From the NCBI GenBank assembly GCA_964534185.1, contig CAZHOH010000003.1:1955-65954 (forward strand): a stretch of 64,000 bases of DNA. Direction: 5' to 3'. The notes below the pieces were generated by a model. That model was given only the letters and a program-made list of their open reading frames with translations, had not been told where the DNA came from and did no database searches. Below, in pieces: positions 45,976-53,743 of this stretch (within the stretch, counting starts at the first letter, position 1; every line of letters starts with the position of its first letter). This DNA is from Candidatus Woesearchaeota archaeon (GTDB taxonomy: Archaea > Nanobdellota > Nanobdellia > Pacearchaeales > GW2011-AR1). Made by a program: the position numbers and the translations under genes.

Positions 45976-48208
45976 TATTGCAATTGGTTTGATTTTGGTT
46001 TTGTGTATTGGTTTTGTTTCTGCGAGTTTGATTGCTTCTATTGGACAGCAGGGGCTTAGTTTGATTAGTCCAGAGTTGGGAAGTGCTGTTAATACTGTTA
46101 TTTGTGTTTCAAATCCTGCTGTTTGTATTGCTGGGAAGATTACAGGATTTATTCAAAGCAGTATGATTGAAGCTTTGCAGGAAGTTAGTCCTGAGGCGGC
46201 GCAGGTTTTAGGGGCGGTGCAGAAGGTTCATAATCAGGTTAAAAGTATTGTTGATTCTGGCGGGGAGGTTTTAGATGGTTTGCGGATTGATGATGAAAAG
46301 GGAGTTGTTGGAGGGAAGTTAAGTGTTGATGATGTGCAGGATGCGAGTGAGTTAGTTAAAGAAAAAGGTTTGGAAAAATTTGAAATTGGGAAGTCAAGCT
46401 TACTTTTTAATGAGGATGGGAGTTTTAATGTTGAGTTTGACAAAGTTAATAGTTTTGTGAAGTTTACAGATTCTTTAGGGATTGAAAGGAGTTTTGAGAA
46501 TATTTTGTCTAGTAAAGAGGGAGTGCCTGCGTTTTTGAAGTTGAGTGATAAAGGAGAGGTTGTTCAGGCAGATTTTACTACTAATCTTTTGGGAGGGGAG
46601 TATAAACTTGGGGGGAAGGTTTTGAGTCTGCCTGCGAATACAAGATTGCAATATGATAAAAATAAAGGAAAGATTGAATTAGATGTGAAAGATGGGAAAG
46701 TTTCTTTAGATGATTTGGCTAAAGAAGATTTGAAAAGTGATGTTGTTGTTCGAGGGGAAAATGTTGAACTGCCTTCTGGTGAGATGATGAGAGAGGGGGA
46801 AGTTGTTTATGATGAGTTTGGAGGTTATGTTCCGAAAAATACTGAAGTTGTTATTAATGGGAAAACTATTTCTGGAGTTAATGATGTTTATTTGACTGAG
46901 CACGGAAGTAATTATGTTATTTTTGATGGTGATGGGTTTGAAGCTGTTGGGAGTGGTTTTCAAGTTAGTGTAAATCCTTTTTTGAAAGCTGATATTGATT
47001 TGCCTTCGAGAGGTTATTATCGGGTGGGGGATGAAGGGGTTGGAGATATAAATAGGTTTTTGGCTGATTATTATGGGGAGGAGGTTGAAGGAAATTTGAA
47101 CGAGTATAGTGAGTGGACTAAGGATATGATTATTAAGTATCAGAGAGATAATAGTTTGCAAATTGATGGGTTGGTTGGTAAAGAGACTTTGAGTTCGATG
47201 AAAGGTTTTCCTTCTGTTGATTTGCCTTCGAGGGGTTATTTTGATTTAGAGGATGATTTGGATTCTTCTTTTGGGAGGTTTTTGGGGGTTGGAGAGATTT
47301 ATGATAAAAGTGCTCAGCAGACAGTTATGGAATTTCAGGAAAAGTGGAATTCTTTGCATGAAGATGATAAGATTGTTGTTGATGGTTTGTTAGGTGGGGA
47401 GACTTTGTCAAGGATGCAAAGGGCTTATGTTAATGAAGAAATTTTTTCTGAAGAGCAACTATCTGCAAATTTACGGGAGGGTGTTGTTGAGTATGATGGT
47501 TATGCTAATGTTGAAGTTGATGGTAGTGCAGGAATTGATACAGGAAATTATGTTCTTAATTATGTTGAAAATTCTGAAGGGGTTGTGAGTGTTAGCCGTG
47601 AGTATGAGAGTTCTGATGGGAGGATTGGTGCTACGATTAAAGCAGATATTTATGAAACTAAGGTTAATTCACAGGGAATGGATTTTAAGGATAATGGGAG
47701 GGTTTCTATTGATTATGAAAAGGCTAATTATGTAAAGGAAAATTATGCTTGCAAGACTTCTGGAACTTGTGGGAAGAATGTTAGAAGGGGTTTGATTTAT
47801 GGGTTGGATTTAAGTGATGAAGAATTTATTGAAATTCTTGGTAAGGACGGTTCTAAATATGGTTTTCATGCAAAAAATATTGAAGAAAGGGTTGAGATTA
47901 ATGGAGGGAGTATAGGGTTGGATGTTGATGAATCGGTTCCAGGAGATATAGTTCATTTTAGTACAAGCGGGAATGAATATCGTCATGCTGCGATTGTTAT
48001 TAATCCTTCTTCAAGTGGTGAGACTATGATTTATCATCAGTTTGGCAAGAATATTAAGGTTGAAAGTTTGGATACTTTTTTAGGGAAATATAATCGATAT
48101 TATGTTGAGAGTGTTTCGCGTCCTGCTTATTCTAAATTGGATAAGTTTAATCCTAATTTTGATAAAGAGATTTCTGAGGATAGGCTTGTTCTTGCGAGAA
48201 ATGATTAA
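45962..48208 (+). CDS. secreted protein with two peptidoglycan-binding repeats and C-terminal Cys/His (CHAP/NlpC-like) domain
   Basis: Signal peptide MSGRNIAIGLILVLCIGFVSA. PG_binding_1-like repeats (KYQRDNSLQIDGLVGKETLSSM ~47030-47200; VMEFQEKWNSL..VVDGLLGGETLSRM ~47260-47425), each preceded by DLPSRGY. C-terminal SGTCGKNVRRG ... GDIVHF...YRHAAIVI. Start could also be 45935. Confidence 0.65.
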   Translation: MSGRNIAIGLILVLCIGFVSASLIASIGQQGLSLISPELGSAVNTVICVSNPAVCIAGKITGFIQSSMIEALQEVSPEAAQVLGAVQKVHNQVKSIVDSGGEVLDGLRIDDEKGVVGGKLSVDDVQDASELVKEKGLEKFEIGKSSLLFNEDGSFNVEFDKVNSFVKFTDSLGIERSFENILSSKEGVPAFLKLSDKGEVVQADFTTNLLGGEYKLGGKVLSLPANTRLQYDKNKGKIELDVKDGKVSLDDLAKEDLKSDVVVRGENVELPSGEMMREGEVVYDEFGGYVPKNTEVVINGKTISGVNDVYLTEHGSNYVIFDGDGFEAVGSGFQVSVNPFLKADIDLPSRGYYRVGDEGVGDINRFLADYYGEEVEGNLNEYSEWTKDMIIKYQRDNSLQIDGLVGKETLSSMKGFPSVDLPSRGYFDLEDDLDSSFGRFLGVGEIYDKSAQQTVMEFQEKWNSLHEDDKIVVDGLLGGETLSRMQRAYVNEEIFSEEQLSANLREGVVEYDGYANVEVDGSAGIDTGNYVLNYVENSEGVVSVSREYESSDGRIGATIKADIYETKVNSQGMDFKDNGRVSIDYEKANYVKENYACKTSGTCGKNVRRGLIYGLDLSDEEFIEILGKDGSKYGFHAKNIEERVEINGGSIGLDVDESVPGDIVHFSTSGNEYRHAAIVINPSSSGETMIYHQFGKNIKVESLDTFLGKYNRYYVESVSRPAYSKLDKFNPNFDKEISEDRLVLARND

Positions 48209-48258
48209 TGCGGGAGAAAGGATTCGAAAAATGATTAATGCGGGAGAGAGGGTTCGAA
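48199..48258. repeat. 2 x 30-bp tandem repeat carrying tRNA 3'-end-like sequence
   Basis: AAATGATTAATGCGGGAGAAAGGATTCGAA / AAATGATTAATGCGGGAGAGAGGGTTCGAA (28/30). Reverse complement reads TTCGAAYCC..TCTCCCGCA, about 17/20 to the tRNA-Leu T-arm/acceptor 3' end. The stop codon of the 748-aa gene lies in unit 1. Confidence 0.8.
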
Positions 48259-48316
48259 TAAAGGACACCAAGGTTTCCTTTCATAAAACCTTCCTTTTTC
48301 ATGTCGAATCCTGTTA

Positions 48317-48400
48317 TGCGAGGGACAGGATTCGAACCTGCGTACTCACTAAGAGACGAGATTTTGAGTCTCGCGCGTTTGACCACTTCGCTACCCTCGC
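48317..48400 (-). tRNA. tRNA-Leu (anticodon CAA), class II
   Basis: GCGAGGG acceptor, anticodon stem CGAGA/TCTCG with loop CTCAAAA, long variable arm, T arm GCAGG-TTCGAAT-CCTGT, CCCTCGC plus A. Confidence 0.85.
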
Positions 48401-48644
48401 GTATATAAATTATAGGGGTTAAGTTTGTTTTTAAGTATATCTTTTCTTTGATTGATTGTGGTGTATGGCGGACAAAAACCGAATTTTTTCCATATTTCCT
48501 ATTTTGTGATTTGTCTTTGATGTGCAGGTTTTATTTAGGTGTAGTTTTGATATATAAATTTTTAGTTTAACTGCTAGTAGATAAATTTGGTTTAAAGAAA
48601 TTCCATAGATTAAGGATTATTGAGATTAGAATCATTTTATTTAC

Positions 48645-49316
48645 TTATCTTCTTAGTGCTAGTTTTGAGATAAGCACAAGGATAATTGCGATTGCAACTA
48701 TCAGTATTGCGATTAGTAAGTAGAAAATTATTTGTCCAAGGATTGTTTGTTCTGGTTGTTCTGGTGTGATTGTAAGTCCGCAGATGCCTCTGTATTCTAG
48801 GCTTGTGTGGTTGTTAAGTGTTTTAGTTCTTTGGAGTTGGTTTTTTATACATTTCCATTCTCCGTAAATTGGTGTTCTAAGTTCTTTTTCTCTTTTTTTG
48901 TCTTCTTCATTAAATATTGGTTTGTTATCATCTGTGTCTGATGTGAATGTTACTGATTCTGTTTTTGTTTGGTTTAGTGCTGAGCATGTTACTTTGAGTG
49001 TGTGGCTGCCTTCTTGGACAGAAATTGTTTCTTCGAAGTAATCTTTTAGCCCTAGATTTACTGGTTTTTCGCTGTCGATTTGATAGTAGCATGATGCTTT
49101 TACATTTGTGCTTATTTCAAGAGGTATGTTTTTTGTGTTGTAAGTTTTTGCTTCTGGATTGATTATGTTTATTGTAAGTTCTGGGTTTTTGTCTACTACG
49201 TAAAAATTAACTGATACTGGGCGTGACCAGTCAATGTCTCCAGCTGTTATTGGCTGGATTAGAATTAACATTAGTAAAATTGAGATGATAGCTTTAATTG
49301 CTTTTTTTTGTGCCAT
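48645..49316 (-). CDS. secreted protein with C-terminal membrane anchor
   Basis: N-terminal signal peptide (ILLMLILIQPITAG), beta-rich ectodomain, C-terminal TM plus RR. Confidence 0.5.
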   Translation of the reverse strand: MAQKKAIKAIISILLMLILIQPITAGDIDWSRPVSVNFYVVDKNPELTINIINPEAKTYNTKNIPLEISTNVKASCYYQIDSEKPVNLGLKDYFEETISVQEGSHTLKVTCSALNQTKTESVTFTSDTDDNKPIFNEEDKKREKELRTPIYGEWKCIKNQLQRTKTLNNHTSLEYRGICGLTITPEQPEQTILGQIIFYLLIAILIVAIAIILVLISKLALRR

Positions 49317-49433
49317 TTTTCAGTAATTACATTATTTTTAGAGAATATTTAAACCTTTCGGTATGTAGTCTTTGAGTAGTAGTTACATCTTTGGGGTGAG
49401 AGGTTTTATAACTTTGGATATCTCAATATTTTT

Positions 49434-49835
49434 ATGGAATTAGTTACCCAACAAGAACCTATGGGTTGTGGAATTGCCTGCGTTGCAGTTGCTTTGAATA
49501 AATCTTATCAGTCAACGAAGAAATTATTTGATAATCCTGAATGTGCTTTTACAAGAGGTTATTATTGCAGAGAACTTATTAAAGTTTTGAATACTAAATT
49601 TGATGATTATACTTTTGCAAAAGTTAATAATGAAAATGAAAAATTATTAGGGAAAAATGGAACAATTGTTTTTATTGAGAGAAATAAAAATTATCCTTCA
49701 GGACATTATTTGATTAAAACAAAAAAAGGTTGGATGAACCCTTGGAGTAATTTTCCAGTTATTTCTCCTGCAAGAAGTGGATTTCAGAAAACTTTGCCTG
49801 GAAAAGCACAATGGATAATTTTTAGAAAGAAATAA
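49434..49835 (+). CDS. stand-alone peptidase C39-like (papain-fold) domain protein
   Basis: QQEPMGCGIACVAVAL (Q..CG.AC) and a downstream GHYLI His; 133 aa; A/T-rich codon usage atypical for + strand genes here. Confidence 0.5.
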   Translation: MELVTQQEPMGCGIACVAVALNKSYQSTKKLFDNPECAFTRGYYCRELIKVLNTKFDDYTFAKVNNENEKLLGKNGTIVFIERNKNYPSGHYLIKTKKGWMNPWSNFPVISPARSGFQKTLPGKAQWIIFRKK

Positions 49836-50759
49836 TTATTTGGCTTTTTTGTCGATTTCTGTGAGTTTCATTTTGTCTTCGAGTCCGAGGCGTTCGATTA
49901 GTTCTTTGTATCTGTTTCTTATTGTGACTTCGGTTATTCCTGCGACGTCTGCGACTTCTCTTTGGGTTTTCTTTTCGTCGTTGAGGAGTGCTGCGATGTA
50001 GAGTGCTGCTGCTGCGATTCCTGCAGGACCTCTTCCTGAAGTGAGCTCTTCTTCATCTGCTTTTTTTAGTATTTTGAGGGCGTGGTTTTGGGTTTTTGGT
50101 GATAGGTGGAGGATGCTTGAGAATCTTGATATGTAGTCGTTTGGTGAGCTTGGTGCTACTTTTATTACCATTCTTCTTATTATGAATCTGTAAGTTCTTC
50201 CTATTTCTTTTCTTTCTATGTCTGAAGCTTGTGCGATTTCATCTAGTGTTCTTGGGATGTTGTATGAACGGCATGCTGCGTAAATGCAGGCGGCGATTAC
50301 TGATTCCATTGAGCGTCCTCTGACAAATCCTCTTTGGAGGACGAAGTTGTAAATACGTGCTGCTTCGTCGCCTACTACGTTTGGAAGATTTAGATAGGAT
50401 GAGACTCTTCTTAGTTCTGCCATTGCAAGTCTTAGGTTTCTTTCAATTGAAGTTGAGACTCTTTCCTGCCATTTTTTTAGTCTTAAGAATTTTCGAGTTT
50501 GTTTTGTGTCGAGTCTGTAAATATCTGAGATTTCACCGACGTTAGTTGTTAAACCTTTGTCGAATTTTTGCATAGAAATTGGAGCGCCTCCGCGTCCTTT
50601 TTTTTCTGACTTATCGAATTTTCCTGCAGGGTCAATGCCTGTGTCAACCATTCCCTCTTCAATTAATAGTCCGCAGTCGTTGCAAATAATCTCTCCTTTT
50701 TCTTCATCATAAGTTAAATTAATGCTGTTGCATTCTGGACATCTTTTAACGTGTGACAT
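49836..50759 (-). CDS. tfb: transcription initiation factor TFB (TFIIB)
   Basis: N-terminal zinc ribbon CPECNS...CNDCG, B-finger/linker, two cyclin repeats. Confidence 0.95.
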   Translation of the reverse strand: MSHVKRCPECNSINLTYDEEKGEIICNDCGLLIEEGMVDTGIDPAGKFDKSEKKGRGGAPISMQKFDKGLTTNVGEISDIYRLDTKQTRKFLRLKKWQERVSTSIERNLRLAMAELRRVSSYLNLPNVVGDEAARIYNFVLQRGFVRGRSMESVIAACIYAACRSYNIPRTLDEIAQASDIERKEIGRTYRFIIRRMVIKVAPSSPNDYISRFSSILHLSPKTQNHALKILKKADEEELTSGRGPAGIAAAALYIAALLNDEKKTQREVADVAGITEVTIRNRYKELIERLGLEDKMKLTEIDKKAK

Positions 50760-50994
50760 TTTGTTTTATAAGAGTTTAGTAAAGTTTAAAAAAGAAGTAG
50801 GGGAAGGTTTTTAAAGTTTTTGGGGGTTTTGGGTTGATTAATACTTTGAAAATTGAAAAAATCATTGCAATGATTCTAGGTTTAAGAGATATATTATAAT
50901 TCAAATAAGGTTGTTTTCTAAAGTTGTGATTATTGTAAAAGGTGCTTGAAGGATTATTGTAATAGTTGACAACTAAATTGATTTTTCAATTTCA

Positions 50995-51222
50995 TTATTG
51001 AAAAGCTTGTATGATTTTTTTTCTTGATTTATCATTTACAAAAAGACCTGTTGCTATAATTATTATTGAGATAATGGCTAGTTCTTTATTTGAAGGCACG
51101 TAACTTCCAAAAGCAATTATTGATGGCAGGAGGTTTATAGCAATTAATAGATAATATCCCCCTAAGATGAATAGTGCAATAGAAATTACTTTTTGAATAG
51201 ATTTTTTAGTTGAAGTTTTCAT
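50995..51222 (-). CDS. small two-helix membrane protein
   Basis: 75 aa, two hydrophobic helices. Confidence 0.4.
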   Translation of the reverse strand: MKTSTKKSIQKVISIALFILGGYYLLIAINLLPSIIAFGSYVPSNKELAIISIIIIATGLFVNDKSRKKIIQAFQ

Positions 51223-51257
51223 AAACTTTCTTTTTATGATTTGTTGATTTAAATATT

Positions 51258-51623
51258 TTATTCAACTAATATGCCCTGAACACTACCTTCCTGGCTTGGG
51301 CGGTTTGTGATTTTTGCCTTGCCTGCTTCTGTGTCGATTACTGCACCTTTTGTTAGAACGTTTTGTCTTGCAAGGAAGCGATTTGAGGGAGTTTCAAGAA
51401 CGTTTTTGATTTTTACTGTTTTTGATTTTTTTGTTTTTGGGTCGATTAGGTTTATTGTTTTGGAATTTAATAAAACTGTTTTTTTGTTTCCACCCTGTGT
51501 TCTTATTGATTTACTTTTTATTTCTCCGATTTTTACAATTCGAGGCTGGCGGCTAAGTTCGTATTTTTTCTTTTTGTGTTGTTTTTTGTATTTTCCGCCT
51601 GTAATTTTTCTTCCTTTTTGCAT
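51258..51623 (-). CDS. rps8e: 30S ribosomal protein S8e
   Basis: MQKGRKITGGKYKK...IRTQGGNKK...VLETPSN...LTKGAVIDTE pattern. Confidence 0.9.
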   Translation of the reverse strand: MQKGRKITGGKYKKQHKKKKYELSRQPRIVKIGEIKSKSIRTQGGNKKTVLLNSKTINLIDPKTKKSKTVKIKNVLETPSNRFLARQNVLTKGAVIDTEAGKAKITNRPSQEGSVQGILVE

Positions 51624-51714
51624 GTTAAGATGTTTGAAAATTGGTTTAAATATCTTTCTGATTTGTTTTTTAGTTGTACGGAAAGTTTAAAAAGTTGGTT
51701 TAAGAGAAGTTGTT

Positions 51715-51963
51715 ATGGCTAATGGCATTGAACGACCACTTGACCTTTTGAATACGTCGAAAGGTAAAGAGATTTTGGTGCAGTTGAAAAGCGACAAGCA
51801 ATTAGTAGGAACTTTGCTTGCATTTGATATCCACATTAATGTGGTTTTGGATAATGCAAAAGAAATGCAAGGTAATGAAGTGAAGAGAAACATAGGGTTG
51901 ACTTTTTTGAGAGGAGACACGATTGTTTTTATATCGCCTGCATCAACTGCGATGAAAGAATAG
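51715..51963 (+). CDS. Sm-like archaeal protein (LSm/SmAP)
   Basis: Sm1/Sm2 motifs: RPLDLLNTSKGKEILVQLKSDKQLVGTLLAFDIHINVVLDNAKE ... FLRGDTIVFISP. Confidence 0.9.
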   Translation: MANGIERPLDLLNTSKGKEILVQLKSDKQLVGTLLAFDIHINVVLDNAKEMQGNEVKRNIGLTFLRGDTIVFISPASTAMKE

Positions 51964-52020
51964 GTCCGGTTTTTTTAATTTTCATGGACACCGGTTTCTG
52001 GGGTGTCTTACATGTAGTGG

Positions 52021-52072
52021 ATACTTTTTAGTTAATTTATTAAATGAGTTTTGCGTGTTGTTGGTATGGTAG
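52021..52072 (+). repeat. direct repeat, left copy (promoter plus start codon)
   Basis: ATACTT(TTT)AGTTAATTTATTAAATG...TTTGCGTGTT.TTGG.ATGGTAG; 45/49 aligned positions identical to 55931-55979, with one 3-nt indel. Confidence 0.85.
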
Positions 52073-52362
52073 TGCAAGACTTTGAATGGACAAGTGCGAT
52101 GTTATCTGAGCAGGATATGTTTTATGCTAACATTGATAAATGGCTTCCAGACTACTGTGGAAAATTTGTTGCTGTTTATCGAGGAGAAGTTATAGCTTCT
52201 CATGAGAGTGATCCATTTCTTGCAAGGCAAAGAGCTTATGAAACTTTGAAAGTTAGTGGAATTGAAGGTGCTGGCAAATTATTTCCTGTTCCTGTTGTTA
52301 AATGTGAGCAGCAGCGAGAAAAGAGTTCTATTGAATTTGCTTTAGGATTTAGTGAGCTGTAA
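52066..52362 (+). CDS. hypothetical protein (98 aa)
   Basis: ATG at 52066 lies inside the left direct repeat; ...GKFVAVYRGEVIASHES pattern of small DUF-type proteins. Confidence 0.45.
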   Translation: MVVQDFEWTSAMLSEQDMFYANIDKWLPDYCGKFVAVYRGEVIASHESDPFLARQRAYETLKVSGIEGAGKLFPVPVVKCEQQREKSSIEFALGFSEL

Positions 52363-52419
52363 AGTAAACGTCAGGCAAAGGATAAATTTTTAAGATGAGA
52401 ATCTTTTGAGACAATTATT

Positions 52420-53055
52420 ATGATTAAAGAAAAATTACTTTCAGAAGAATTTTACAAAAGAAAAACAGAAGAAGTTGCTCAAGATTTGCTTGGGAAAATA
52501 TTGATTAGAAGAATTGAAGGTAAAAAGTTACTTGGAAGAATTGTAGAAGTAGAGGCTTATCTTGGAGAATACGATAAGGCGGCTCATGCTTCTGCAGGAA
52601 AAACAAAAAGGACTAATGTTTTATATGGCTCTCCCGGTCACGCATATGTTTTTAGTTTAAGAGCATATCATTGCTTGAATGTGGTGGCAGAGCCCACAGA
52701 TTCTCCAGGTTGTATCTTGATTAGGGCACTTGAACCACTTAATCATCACGATTATTTAAGAAAAAATAGAAGAAAAAGCAAAAGCTCTAAGATAGAAGAA
52801 TTATGTAATGGTCCAGGAAAACTTTGTCAGGCTTTTAGAATTAATCTGAATCAATATGGGGCAAATTTGAGAAATTTAGAGTCAGAACTATACATTATTG
52901 ATACTTTTAATGAATCCCCCTTTGATATCTTAGTTACAAAAAGAATAGGAATAACAAAACATGCAGATTGGGAACAAAGATATATCATTAATGGAAATCC
53001 TTATGTTTCTGGGAACAACAAAACTAATGTTGGTAAAATCCTAAAACGATCATAG
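52420..53055 (+). CDS. mpg: DNA-3-methyladenine (alkyladenine) glycosylase, MPG/AAG family
   Basis: FYKRKTEEVAQDLLGKILIRR...GRIVEVEAYLGEYDKAAHA...YGSPGHAYVF...CLNVV. Confidence 0.8.
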   Translation: MIKEKLLSEEFYKRKTEEVAQDLLGKILIRRIEGKKLLGRIVEVEAYLGEYDKAAHASAGKTKRTNVLYGSPGHAYVFSLRAYHCLNVVAEPTDSPGCILIRALEPLNHHDYLRKNRRKSKSSKIEELCNGPGKLCQAFRINLNQYGANLRNLESELYIIDTFNESPFDILVTKRIGITKHADWEQRYIINGNPYVSGNNKTNVGKILKRS

Positions 53056-53686
53056 TTTCCTCACTCACTTCCTCTAGATTTTTGTTTTCAGTATCAATCA
53101 CAGAGATTCTACTTGGAAATCTATTTGATATAATATCATATTGCTCGGCAACTCTTTTTTGCAATTTCAGAATATCATATTTTGACTTTTTTATTTTTGC
53201 AGATCTTTCAGTTACTCTTTGCATAGATATTTCAGGATCGACCTTGAAAATAAATGTTTTATCTGGTTCTAACAAAAGTCCCTTATTAACTAGAATTTCA
53301 TGTTGGGAAATTAGATAATCAAGAGCCTTCATTTCATTACCAAAATATTCAGATAGTCTAATACTCTGATAAGCAAACCAGCTGTCATGAAATCTATCTG
53401 CTATAACTATATTTCCTTGATCTAAAGCAGGCTTTATTCTCCTCCTAGAATTATCTACTCTAGAGGATAGCAAAAGCAGGGCTTCGCTTAGTTTATCTAT
53501 TCTTTCTGACCTCTCAAAAATATTATATAGGTCTGCCCAAGGATTAATTTCCCTTACAGGATCTCTTGTGAGATATGGAGTTTTTCCAAATCTTATTACT
53601 TCATCAGCAATTTTTTTAGCAATTGTTGACTTTCCTGTTCCATCTATTCCTTCAAGACTTATAAAATCATATTTCATAAAAATCAT
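53024..53686 (-). CDS. tmk: thymidylate kinase
   Basis: FISLEGIDGTGKST P-loop, DRF motif (ADRFHDS). Alternative start at 53677 (MKYDF); overlaps the mpg 3' end by 32 nt. Confidence 0.8.
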   Translation of the reverse strand: MIFMKYDFISLEGIDGTGKSTIAKKIADEVIRFGKTPYLTRDPVREINPWADLYNIFERSERIDKLSEALLLLSSRVDNSRRRIKPALDQGNIVIADRFHDSWFAYQSIRLSEYFGNEMKALDYLISQHEILVNKGLLLEPDKTFIFKVDPEISMQRVTERSAKIKKSKYDILKLQKRVAEQYDIISNRFPSRISVIDTENKNLEEVSEETMIVLGFYQH

Positions 53687-53705
53687 ATTTCATAAAAATC
53701 ATATT
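53666..53705. repeat. 16-nt tandem duplication (2.5 copies) spanning the tmk start codon
   Basis: ATCATATTTCATAAAA at 53666-53681 and 53682-53697, plus partial ATCATATT at 53698-53705. Confidence 0.85.
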
Positions 53706-53743
53706 ATAATAACATTTATAAATATTTGTAACTCCAGAGTTAC

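Noticed and set aside
48199-48258. Possible CRISPR array (30-bp repeats).
   Set aside because: Only two directly abutting units with no spacers, no cas genes in the window, and sequence similarity to a tRNA 3' end.
48102-48422. ORFs 48102-48422 (+), 48153-48386 (-) and 48080-48271 (-).
   Set aside because: They run through tRNA-Leu and the 30-bp tandem repeats; not credible coding sequence.
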